A DNA stretch of 64,000 bases from Botryllus schlosseri (taxonomy: Eukaryota). The stretch covers positions 23,500,001 to 23,564,000 of the forward strand of contig CM119371.1 of assembly GCA_051294905.1 (NCBI GenBank). Direction: 5' to 3'. Position numbers and translations under genes: made by a program. The notes beneath the pieces were generated by a model. That model saw only the letters and a program-made list of their open reading frames with translations, had not been told where the DNA came from and made no database searches. Positions 53,901 to 64,000 of this stretch are shown one piece after another (position 1 is the stretch's first letter; each line of letters opens with the position of its first letter).

Positions 53901-55044
53901 GTAGCCTGTATGCCTTGTTTTCATCGAGGGAAAGCAGAAAAATACGAGAAGAAACATTGCAAAGGTGCTTATGCAAGTGGCGAACGAACTTCTAGTTTCA
54001 GGGGGGATGTTCCATGATTGAATAGAAATATAAAACTTGACATTGACACTACTGTGTCTGATCTTATCTTGTCGTGGGAGCCTATATAATTGAAGTCTTA
54101 AAAGCTGTACGGGCTGGATGAATCAGCCATTTATGCTTGGCACTTGTCACATTCTTGCAGCATAATGAATCATACCCGCGAGTGCTGTCTAAGTCCTCAA
54201 TGATGCCCCGGAAGAAGGTTTAAAGGCAAGCATAGACTATGCTGGTATGACCAGTAAAAAGACTGTTCGCTTGCATTGTTTAGCATGTCCATAATGAATC
54301 TTGGATCATTACCGGCTGCATCACGACTAATGCTTGAATCAAACCAGACATGGAATGCATTGAAGCGTTACGGTAGTTACATTTCTTCAGAGTCCCAATG
54401 CAAGCTACCTCGTCGGCCCACATATCTTCTGAGCATACAGGATTGTGTCCAGAATCCATCTCGCATGGTGTGCTGCACCAGTTTGGCGATAACTAATATA
54501 CTTTACCTGCACTGCACCCAGAAAAGCAGGACCACTTGGCGTAATCTCAATCATATCAGATAGGTATTTCTGGGATCTATAAGTTCACAAGCATTCGCTG
54601 TTTCACCCTTGTCATGCCCGCAAGAGGGTATTGTTGTTCTGAACCTATCGTTATCTAGTTTTAACACTAAAAATTCAATGACCAAGTGTCTCATTTTAGT
54701 ATTTAATCACCAACGTACAATGCGCTTGCAGAATCATAATTGCCGTTAGCGTACTTCTTGAACTAGTAGAAGCACACAATCAGCAAGCCGCCGTGGTCGT
54801 TATCATTGAAGCATAGCTGATTAACCAATCAAGAGACGTGATTTCGCGATTACTAGTCTTTTCGCCGTTCTATGGTCGCTAACCCGCCCACTCTATGGCA
54901 GCTACTTTCAAACGCATTTAGACAAATGTTAACGACTTTCCTGTAAGCTTATTGCAGGTTCATTGACGTTTTTTATCAATAATCTACAGAATGAGACATG
55001 GATACGCATATATTTTGAGATTTTCCAAATTTTGGACAACCCTA
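50922..55044 (-). mobile_element. hATm-type DNA transposon with about 260-bp TIRs
   Basis: TIRs 50922 to about 51185 and about 54780-55044, starting TAGGGTTGTCCA; near-TSD ATGACCAC / ATGATCAC; internal transposase remnant. Confidence 0.88.
54080..54620 (-). pseudogene. hATm transposase remnant
   Basis: Minus strand SYRQTGAAHHARWILDTILYAQKI and SSISRDAAGND resemble hATm PGAxHHARWM.K.IY..K and AP.ND motifs. Confidence 0.7.
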
Positions 55045-55052
55045 ATGATCAC

Positions 55053-56125
55053 TAACAAATGGTCTTTTAATAGTCAATATTGATACCAAATGACACCACC
55101 CCTATTTCACCGCAACATTTAGCAAATACAGCGCTGGAGTCAACCTTATAAAGCGCTAACCAAACGCCCATTAGTTTTCCCACCTACTACTTCGCGCTTC
55201 GCGGATGAAAATACGCATTAAAGCGAATGGACGCGACTTGTCACACTCTTGCTATTTCTGCTCCCTTTTTCTCTTCCTTCCTCTTGAGGAGAGAAACAGT
55301 CGGCCGCGTTTACGGATCGTGAATTCCCGGCTTGAGGGTGATTCTTCCTCCAATCGTCAGCACCTTGAAAATTGAGAACAATGTTGTTGCAAAATGCATG
55401 ACAATTTGAAAGTTACATCATTCTAATTATTCCAGTTATGGCCGTGAATCGTTACAAGTGCGGTAACCATAAGAATTATTACTATACTTCAACTGCAAAT
55501 ACAATATATTGTATAAAACAATTACTAATTCTTTTACGTTGATCGAGTCCCAAATGGATGAATTATGTCAAAGAATTTGCTAAATTTGTTTGTATAATTT
55601 GACAGATTCCGAAATCTTCTCAAAGTTCACCTTTCAAAAATTTGATATCAAGACTCCCAACATTTTACAATTCGAAGTTGGATGGCTTAACCAATACAAG
55701 CGAACAGTTTGTATCGCAATTGACAATTATGTAGAGAACGCTGCGAGACATGTGAGTAGGCCTACCCTAAAACGTTTCTCTGACATGGACATTAGGGCTC
55801 TTAAAAGATGACTTTTTTTTCTCAAATCGTTCTGGCTACTTGATAAAATTGTTAGGTTACCTAATTCAAGCCTACACTCCAAATTTGGTTCAATTCCAAC
55901 CAGTAGCCGCATTGCTACAGGAAAAGAAAGTTTCTATTTATTATATAAAAATAAATAGAAAAAATTTGAAAATTTTCTGTTCACCCCATGAAAGTGTTAG
56001 GTTATGTATAGAAACGATGTTCATCAAATTTGGTTCGATTCAAACAAGTGGAAGCGGAGTTATTGCCATCGAAAAATTCGGATTTTAATAAAATAGTATT
56101 TACGGTGGGAACAACTATAATAAAT
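55053..56125. mobile_element. Possible Helentron-associated (HINE/DINE-like) element
   Basis: Internal repeated block TGTTAGGTTA...CAAATTTGGTTC (about 55850 and 55995); AACAA start and ATAATAA end. Boundaries uncertain. Confidence 0.35.
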
Positions 56126-56443
56126 AATTAAAGAATTGTTTCACGCTGTCATACTGTTTTACGCAACCGTTGTTACGCACTGCATTGTTGCTGTGTTCTG
56201 GCTCCATTGATGTTATTTCTAAAATCGACATTAATGCGTCATAATTCTCCATCTGGTTTTGAATTCAACTCTGTTTTGCTTCCTTTATCGTGCCGGTAGC
56301 TCTTTAATAGGCACGCGAAAAGTTCTTCGGGTTTCCATAACGTTTATCATGAAGGTACTTTTGAAAGCAGTATTAAAATTTTGTACCACCAACCAGTTAT
56401 TTAATTACTATTTATCTTCAAAGTAAATGCTCATTGCATGAAG

Positions 56444-56930
56444 CAGGGTTGTAAGACTCGAGTCAGGATTTTCTGTTGACTCGACTTGACTCAGGTCATC
56501 TTCTCAAAGTACTGAAATGACTCGACTCATTGCGCATGACTTGAGACTCAGATGGCCAAGACCGACATTTCATGATTATTTCAAAGAATAGTACAGCAAA
56601 TCGCTATTGGGATTTCGTCTATTGATACTGGTATTTGAAAATGCGGCCAGAAACTGCTAAAAGTAAGGAAAATTCGTATATTATAAATGCGACCCACTCG
56701 ATATCACAAAAAATATATAAAAAGTTGGTTTAACAAGACTTAAATTGGAAACTGAGCAGCTAACACAATGACTCTGGCTCGAGTCATAATACCATAACTC
56801 GGACTCGGCCCTCTGCTCGCTGACTTGGACTCGGACTTGACTCGGTGGTGAATTGAAAATGACTCGAGTCAAAACTATAAAAGTGAGATTGACTTGCGAC
56901 TCGGAGCCTTGTGACTTGGTTACAACCCTG
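56444..56930. mobile_element. hAT MITE, GAGTC family A (inverted relative to 15804)
   Basis: CAGGGTTGTAA / TTACAACCCTG; TSD GCATGAAG. Confidence 0.92.
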
Positions 56931-57014
56931 GCATGAAGCCTCAATAGTTACATGAGTGGAGTGACTAGACAAAGAACACAGTGACATTTGCAGCATATCA
57001 TGAATTTCTCTTAC

Positions 57015-58334
57015 TATATGTGATCTTGTTCAAATGGAGGTTGATGAAAGCGTATTTCCCATTCTTTCCGACTCTGCTATAATTTCACCAGACTGGCAAC
57101 CTTCTTCATGATGCTTTTTGCTGACTGACCAATATTGTCACCGCCAACGGTACGAGTGCAAATGTCCGATATGTCAATATAGGAACAGAATTAGTTGACT
57201 GTTCCTGACCGTCCACGTTCAGAGTTGCATCTCAAAGATGCTAAAATAAGCCTAAATATAATCCAAGCAATACGATCGTCCACTTTGACTGATTGAATTT
57301 CTAAAAATAATAAACATAACACCTTGATAGCTTCCACATCTTACGTATATATATACCGTCTGCTATCGGCAAGCATTTGAAAATAACAAAACAGATTCAA
57401 CATACCTAGGGTTGCCATACGTCCGGAATTTCCCGGACATGTCCGGAATTTCACTGTTTAAACTAGCGTCCGGGAGGAATTCCTAAAATATGCCAAATGT
57501 CCGGAATTTTGAAGACTTGACGAAGACTCATAATTTTTTTCCGTAAATCAGCCTAAAACAGTAGTTTTTGAGAATATTTATGCTGATGCATGATATTTTT
57601 CTACGCGCTGGGCACGATTTACCATCACATTTATTGAATTTAATATGGTGACTACCACGCTCGCAAAAAACTGAAATAAAAGTGGAGTCGCGACCATAAA
57701 AGGTGGGAAACCACTGGATGTGGGGCGTTTATAAAGCTCAGTGGTGCGCACCGGCACAAGGCTGATAAACAATCTTATCGGTAGGACATGAACATGACTT
57801 AACGATGTGCAATTACGCTCCCTGTATTTTCGAACACATCATCCTCCACCCGTTAATACTGTGATCTGATCATGTGGGCGGAGAGTAGTATCGATATAGT
57901 AATATATGGAACGACCAATATTATTGACAGAATTCATTCAAATAATTTAACGACCAGATGCATATAGTAACCAGATTCATATAACAAACACCCCCCCTCC
58001 CCCGGAATTTGCATCGATTACCCTATAGTGTGGGCTCAAAATCATTGTTTATTTGGGTAGGAAGGGGCTGAAAACATGTGCTTTCGGTCCTGGTTACACA
58101 ACACACAGCCACATACTCCTGAGCCGGATCGTGACGTCCTTTGGTCTGTGACGTCATATCTCATTCTGAAATCCACTAGTGGGCGCTAAAGAGTGTCCGG
58201 AATTTGTGTTGCAGAAATATGGTAACCCTAAACATACCACATCTCTTGCAAATGCTTTTGCTTTCATTCAATATGTCATCAAACTTCTTTAAATCCTCCT
58301 TTGTGGTGAGTGGCTTCATTTTATCATATACAAT
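57015..58334 (-). pseudogene. Spliced DUF4806-like gene remnant (exons about 58238-58334 and about 57015-57178)
   Basis: KPLTTKEDLKKFDDILN, then GGDNIGQSAKSIMKKVA..YSRVGKNGKYAFINLHLNKI across frameshifts, resembling the DUF4806 pattern; donors GTATGT and GTAAGA. Confidence 0.5.
57407..58230. mobile_element. hAT MITE, TCCGGA family (shorter copy of 3574-4698)
   Basis: TAGGGTTGCCATA / TATGGTAACCCTA; TSD AACATACC. Confidence 0.93.
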
Positions 58335-58444
58335 CTATGGCGGAATAAAAGTTTCGGATAAGTTCTAAAACGAACACAATTTTCCACACAAAAGTCAATT
58401 GCCACACGAAATGCCAAATGCTACGGTCCCATTTTACAAGGTAT

Positions 58445-58620
58445 GGCGAGGTAACGTAGTGGTACGTTCCATTATAGCTAAACACCAATGAATTGCGGGT
58501 TCGAGCCTGACACGTCGACTCCATAATTCCTACGGAAGTGTTGGCCGTTTATCTAGGCTCCTCCTCGCCATCTGATCCGCATAGCCATGTCTTAAAAAGC
58601 CTAGGAGTGGGCCGTGCTAT
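58445..58620 (+). mobile_element. tRNA-derived SINE, copy 3
   Basis: TAACGTAGTGG A box, GGTTCGAGCC B box, shared body GTTTATCTAGGCTCCTCC. Confidence 0.65.
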
Positions 58621-58632
58621 AAGTGGGCAGAT

Positions 58633-59498
58633 GGTTGCCGATGAACTCGGCACTTGGTGAGTTCGGCCCTCGGGAAATTTTGTAATGAAGTGTATTAACA
58701 GCTATTAATATGAATTATTAAACTAATAATAGTATTATCAAGTGATTCGTCAATCTTGTAAGGAGGTCAGGGCATCCGTAGATCACGCAGTCACGGCGTG
58801 ATTAGATCACGGATTGCGTAGCCGCGGGAAATAACGCAGCGCTCATATACCGACCACGCGCGGTCTGCTTGAAACCGATGGCGTGAGTGACGGGCCTGTA
58901 TCGTGTAAGTTTTGAGAAGATGGATCTTGGCGTTGTATGTGAGATCGAAACTGTGGAAGATCAAGCGGCGCTTCTTCGTTTATCGATCACGACAAGCCAG
59001 TGTTCCTCATCAACAAATGTTTCGCATGATCACGTCAATATAAATTATTTTTTGCCTTTGGAGAGACGATTCCACTCTGGGGTTAGGGTGTCTCGATAAC
59101 AGGGTTGAAGGATCCCAAGATTACGAGATCTACCGCGAGCCACGACACTTTTAAATTTCCTTTTTGATACTGTTCATTCATATTAAATGCATTTCTAATG
59201 CGAAGGTGTTCTAGTGCCAATTCCTCCAAGGGCCGAGTTCACCAAGTGAAGAGCGTCGCGTTATTTCCCACGATTACGCAATCTGTGATCTAATCACGCC
59301 GTGACTGTGTGATCTATGCATGCCCTGACCGCCGTACAACATTGACAACCACTCAAAGTGCCAAGTTCACCGGTAAACATTCCAGTAACCAATCATGGTG
59401 ACCGGTACCCGTACCAATACGAGATCTACCACGGCCGAATTCACCAAGTGCCGAGTTTGTGCGGCCGAATTCACTAAGTGCCGAGTTCACTGGTAATC
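58633..59498. mobile_element. Merlin-like non-autonomous TIR element
   Basis: GGTTGCCGATGAACTCGGCACTT / AAGTGCCGAGTTCACTGGTAATC; perfect 8-bp TSD GGGCAGAT; GG start and repeat-containing TIRs. Confidence 0.8.
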
Positions 59499-60293
59499 GG
59501 GCAGATACGGAATGATAATAATAAGAACCGGTCAGGTGTAAAATGACCAGTGTAGTCGAACCACCACCATGAACACCACAAACAAACAAACAAACATCTA
59601 ACATGGAAAAGAAATTACCTTTACAGCCTTTGACAAACACAGTTACCATTGAAATCAGCAATTTAGGTCTTATTCGAAATCAGAATAACAACTGTTTTAG
59701 CGGACATATCAAATCAAATGTTGGAAAGTTCATGTAAATTAGCCCAAAATATTATTTTACTGTGACCATATTCTATCAATATGGTCTGGCTAGCCAAATT
59801 CTCTGGGCCAACATAAACAAGCTGCGTTTGGTTTCAACGATTAATAATCTTGTCACTGGATTCGAGGTATAATTGCACTCAAATATCAAATTTTGCTCCA
59901 TTAATCAACATCAAGTTGAAAATGTCCATTCTTGCACCAACTTTTATAAAATCACGAATCAGACTCATTCCATTATAATGTAGCAAATTTTCTGACATTT
60001 GTAATGCATACCCTCAGAATTGTCCAATAATTACAAATGTTGTTCTTTTTTCAATTCTGGGTACATTAAAAAAATTAGATTGAAAAATTTCCAGCGGTTC
60101 AAAAGATAATGCAATTCAAATTTATCATGTCACTAGGTGGCGCTGCACGCAAAACTCTCTAAAATCCATATTTTTTGCTGTAATGATGGTGGAGAATCAA
60201 TTAAAATGTCTAATTATACAATTTTGGGGCCAAGGAATTCAAAAAAGTCAACATTTTCGCTCTAAACTCGAAGAAAAAAAAGTTACGGACTAA

Positions 60294-61982
60294 ACAAAAT
60301 TGGGGGGGGGAGCGGACTTGAAAATCCATGTGGGATTCCGTTTACACAAAAAAAAATTATTGCAAAATGTACTCTGAAGCAGTGTGATTGATAAACAATT
60401 GGATTTTTAAATTAATCTCTATTCCTCGAAGAAATCACGAAAAAAAATTATCTTTTGTTTAACTGATTGATTATAATTAGAGCCCGACCGATTATCGGCT
60501 CGCCGATAATATCGAGTCGATATCACACTTGGAAAGAAATATCGGTATCGGCCACTGGAGGTAAAAAAATATCGGCCATTTACGTGACGTCACAACATTG
60601 TCGTAGGGAGTCAGAGAAGACGCGAAGTCTTCACTGAATGTCAGTAAATTATAAAAATAAATGGTCAAGCTGCAATGCAAACAGGCTAGTGGCCCTATGT
60701 GAAAAATATACTTTCACCGTTATGCCCCAGTGACTTCAGTGGGAATCCCCCTGCGGTGATCGAACACCAGAGACAGACTGACAGAGAGCAGACATCGAGT
60801 AAATGGAAAGTTGTATGCAGAAGATTTCAATCGATTCATTTGAGAAATGAAAACTTCATTCAAGCTGGACTGACCGTCGTGATGACAGAGAAAAAGGTCG
60901 CGTGTAAACATTTACCTGTAGATAGTGCTGTTGGTGTCTGTGTAGGAAGCTCACAAGCCAAGGCTCGTTATCAACAAAGCGAAAAATACCAGTAATGTAT
61001 GGAGTCATCTGACTGAGGGGCCTCCATGATAAGGAATATGCGGGCATAGAGTGCAAGAAAATCAAGCAAAAAGGGAGTAGAGCCAATAATTCATACGAAT
61101 ATTTTTGATTCCATAATGACATGGGCCAATTCTGACTGTGTGTAAAAGATTGATCAGCAGATTGTTGAAATGCTGGTCATAGTCAAGGGGATGAGTGGAG
61201 CGGACGTGAACAATTTGAGTAGTTTTGCACATTCTCTTCAACTGTTAATGATGTTCTGAAGGCTCCAGGTGCACTGCCAGAAGAATATCAATATTTGGTG
61301 GAACCAATGAAGAAAAGATCCCCTGCAGTCGCGGAACCAAAATAAACAAAGATTCCCAGTTCTTGCTGTGCTACCAACTACGGTACCAAGTGAAATACTG
61401 TTCACTGTGTTTAGTACTGTATAGCCTACATCATTTATGAGTACCACACATGTTCACTCCCTGGAGATAACGCAGAGAAAATATGCTTCGTGAACTGTAA
61501 TCTGCAACTGCTAGACTGGTGCTACTGATATATTTTTATTGCCCCCCCAGATCATTCATTTCATGTTAAGTATAGCAATGGCTGTAAACGTGTTCAATTA
61601 AATACTCTTTGAGGTGTTAAATATGCGCATTGAGCTAGATTCCATATCTTTTGAATATCGGCTGAATATATCGGGGTTATCGGTGAAGGTACTGAATATC
61701 GGTTTTATCGGTATCGGCTCAAAAATCCAATATCGGTCGGGCTCTAATTATAATAGTAGTTACGGTGAGCAGATTTGCACTGCTGCCCACCACAACTACT
61801 ATTGTAACCAATCACACAATGCAAAGATAATTTTTTTTTCGTGATTTCCTCAAGGAATAGAGATTAATTTAAAAATCCAATTGTTTATCAATCACACTGC
61901 TTCAGAGTACATTTTGCAATAATTTTATTTTGTGTAAACGGAATCCCACATGGATTTTCAAGTCCGCTCCCCCCAATTTTGT
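60294..61982. repeat. About 165-bp near-perfect inverted repeat pair (60294 to about 60457; about 61822-61982)
   Basis: GGGGAGCGGACTTGAAAATCCATGTGGG...ATTATCTTT and its reverse complement; possibly TIRs with an AATT target. Confidence 0.85.
60478..61746 (+). mobile_element. Internally deleted hAT (Ac/ZBED4-like), ATCGG-motif ends, with dimerisation-domain remnant
   Basis: TAGAGCCCGACCGAT / ATCGGTCGGGCTCTA; TSD ATTATAAT; about 61280-61508 reads DPLQ..NKQRFPVLA..PTTVPSE.LF...GDNAEKICFVNCNLQLLDW. Confidence 0.9.
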
Positions 61983-62182
61983 AATATAAGTGTAGATTTG
62001 CTCACATTCATATCAGTAGCTCAATATAGTCATTCCAGACGAATTTTATGCGGTGTCAAACATTCATACCGCCTAACAGGTGATAGAGAAATTCTATGTA
62101 ATAGCATCATTCAATAGGCCCATGATCAAAATACTTGAGGCGTCCCAAAAAGAAGGTATATTATGCTATACTAAGCAAATAT

Positions 62183-62426
62183 CGTCGCAGTGGAATCAAA
62201 GTGACTTAAGTCCATATTACACCTTTTGAGAAAATTGACTTTACGTATTGTTTTCATCTTCTCTCAGCCATACATTGGCCCTGAATTAATGAAACAGACA
62301 TAACCATGGCCAAGATATGGCCGAAAAAAATAAAAAAAATTTAAAAACTTGATTATTTTCAAGTTTTAATAATGAACCTTCCAAATTTGAAAACTGGACA
62401 TGAGTCATTTTGATTCCACTTCGACA
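62183..62426. mobile_element. MITE with ATAT TSD (Sola1-like)
   Basis: CGTCGCAGTGGAATCAAAGTGACT / AGTCATTTTGATTCCACTTCGACA; 4-bp AWWT TSD. Confidence 0.7.
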
Positions 62427-63541
62427 ATATGGTGAGTGGCGGCATCATTTAAAAGGGTACTGCGCTCTAAAAATGATGTCTGTAATTGAAGCGCATATCG
62501 AAAATTAATTTTTGGCCGCAGCTATTTCCTTCGGAAACTCAATGTACTGGAGCTTCAAATAAATGAATTTTGTATAAGACCAACTAACGTGGCTGCGCGT
62601 CATTTATACTTGACCCGTTGCAAAATTTCTGGCGCGATATTTTCACAGTCGTACTTACTCGACGCGACCTCCATATCGTAGCTCAATTTTTGATGTAGTA
62701 TATGGCAGATATCTGCTACGACATTGTGTTTGATCCCAAATGATACATCAGCACGGGCTTTCAATCCCACTTGCAACACATGCATATTCACCATACTGTG
62801 GAGGCTCCGTTGTACACTACAGGTATCCTGCTGTGAAAATGCCGTCTGATTGAATAGGCAATTAATATAGTTGGATGTATAATTTGTACAAGGCCAGTTA
62901 ATTAATTGAATTTATTAATAAATATTTTTAATATGCATCCTTTAGCATCGCAACCTGATGCAAAAGGTTCTGGCATGCAAGTTGGTGGATAAGACCAACA
63001 CGACACGACCTGGGAATGTGAAATGCTACATTCCCAATAAATTTATACTTTGCAAGGTCTTTATCACAGGAATAGTAGTTCGCAAGTTAACCGTTATTCT
63101 ACCGTATGTAACCAACGAGCGCTATGATTTTACGTGAATTATTTTACATATTGTATATGATATGCCTACTACATTTCGCATGAATATGGCGATACTGTAC
63201 TCCATGTCACAGTAAGTATCCCTCCCTCGACGGTACCACATGCTCCACTTATCACATATTCAGAAATTGTGAAAAGGTGGCCATAGCAGTCATTATATGA
63301 TACTCGACGAGAAGTAACGCCGTCATTTTCATTTCAATTAGAAGCAGAAATCGCGATTCACAATATACGTTGGAAATGAAAATCAAATAAGTAATCAAGT
63401 AGTTTCAGAAAGTCGATTAGGACGAAGGGTCGCATATACTTTTAGCCGTTAAATGGAGATTATTGCTTTCGAAATTACAAAGTCGGGTATAACGATAAAA
63501 GTGACCAATGACACTATACAAATTGGTACAATCCTCTAGAG

Positions 63542-64000
63542 CAGGGGTGGGCAAACTTTTGAGCTCGCGGGCCGCATTCAACATCTGTATTCATTCGCGG
63601 GCCACATTATATAAAATTGGAATTATAAACCAAAATGCAATATTGATATTTGATTGTATGGTGAGGACATGGAGAAAATATATGTACTTATTTAAAACAA
63701 GCCGAATATTGCTTTGATGATATCGTAGACGCGTCAGAAACATATAGTGGCGAGATTTCATAGGCAGGCGGACCTCAATAACCAACTTGTCAAAACTCTA
63801 GACATAAAATCCGGTTGGCCCGATTCTTAGAATAGGATTGAACTTGAAATCTGTGAGCAGTGATCTGTTCATAGATTTAGTAATTCCACTTTTGGCTCAG
63901 TTGCAGGACACACAATGCTGACAGCATCATAACCATGTTAGCTTCAAACACCTTAGATCAGTGGTTCTCAAACTTTTTAAGACACGCCCCGCCCCTTATA
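63542..64000 (-). mobile_element. Charlie-like MITE (family of 26863-28007), cut by the window end, with a nested MITE end at 63959
   Basis: CAGGGGTGGGCAAAC start; reverse-complement match to about 27600-28007. Confidence 0.85.

Noticed and set aside
50922..55044. Sola2 or MULE assignment of the long-TIR element
   Set aside because: 8-bp TSD, TAGGG terminus and HHARW motif fit hATm better.
58445..58520. tRNA gene
   Set aside because: A/B boxes present but no convincing cloverleaf, and followed by a body shared with two other copies, so a SINE head.

Overview
Eukaryotic, AT-rich (roughly 37-40% GC by eye), very repeat-dense animal DNA. The element mix and 168/171-nt LRR exons suggest a marine invertebrate such as an ascidian, but that is inference only. 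No intact long host gene is visible. Main contents: (1) two diverged, decayed copies of the right arm of a large virus-like element, probably Polinton/Maverick (1-3236 and about 29510-35992), the second abutting a Chapaev3 transposase fragment; (2) phase-0 168/168/171-nt LRR-type exons and a candidate terminal exon of a probably decaying NLR-like gene (5311-17462); (3) an intronless, frameshifted XK-related (Xkr) gene at 39913-40891, whose upstream region and 5' end are duplicated at 48450-49700 between two transposon ends; (4) a 23-bp CCCTAA-containing array followed by a near full-length, frameshifted L1/Tx1-clade retrotransposon (41620-47232) inside a GG-terminated Merlin-like DNA element; (5) more than 15 hAT-type MITEs with 8-bp TSDs, often nested, each family carrying its own iterated short motif; (6) hATm, Ac-like hAT, Sola1-like, RTE, L2/Crack, tRNA-SINE and DUF4806-like remnants. 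All family assignments come from motifs read by eye; no searches were run.
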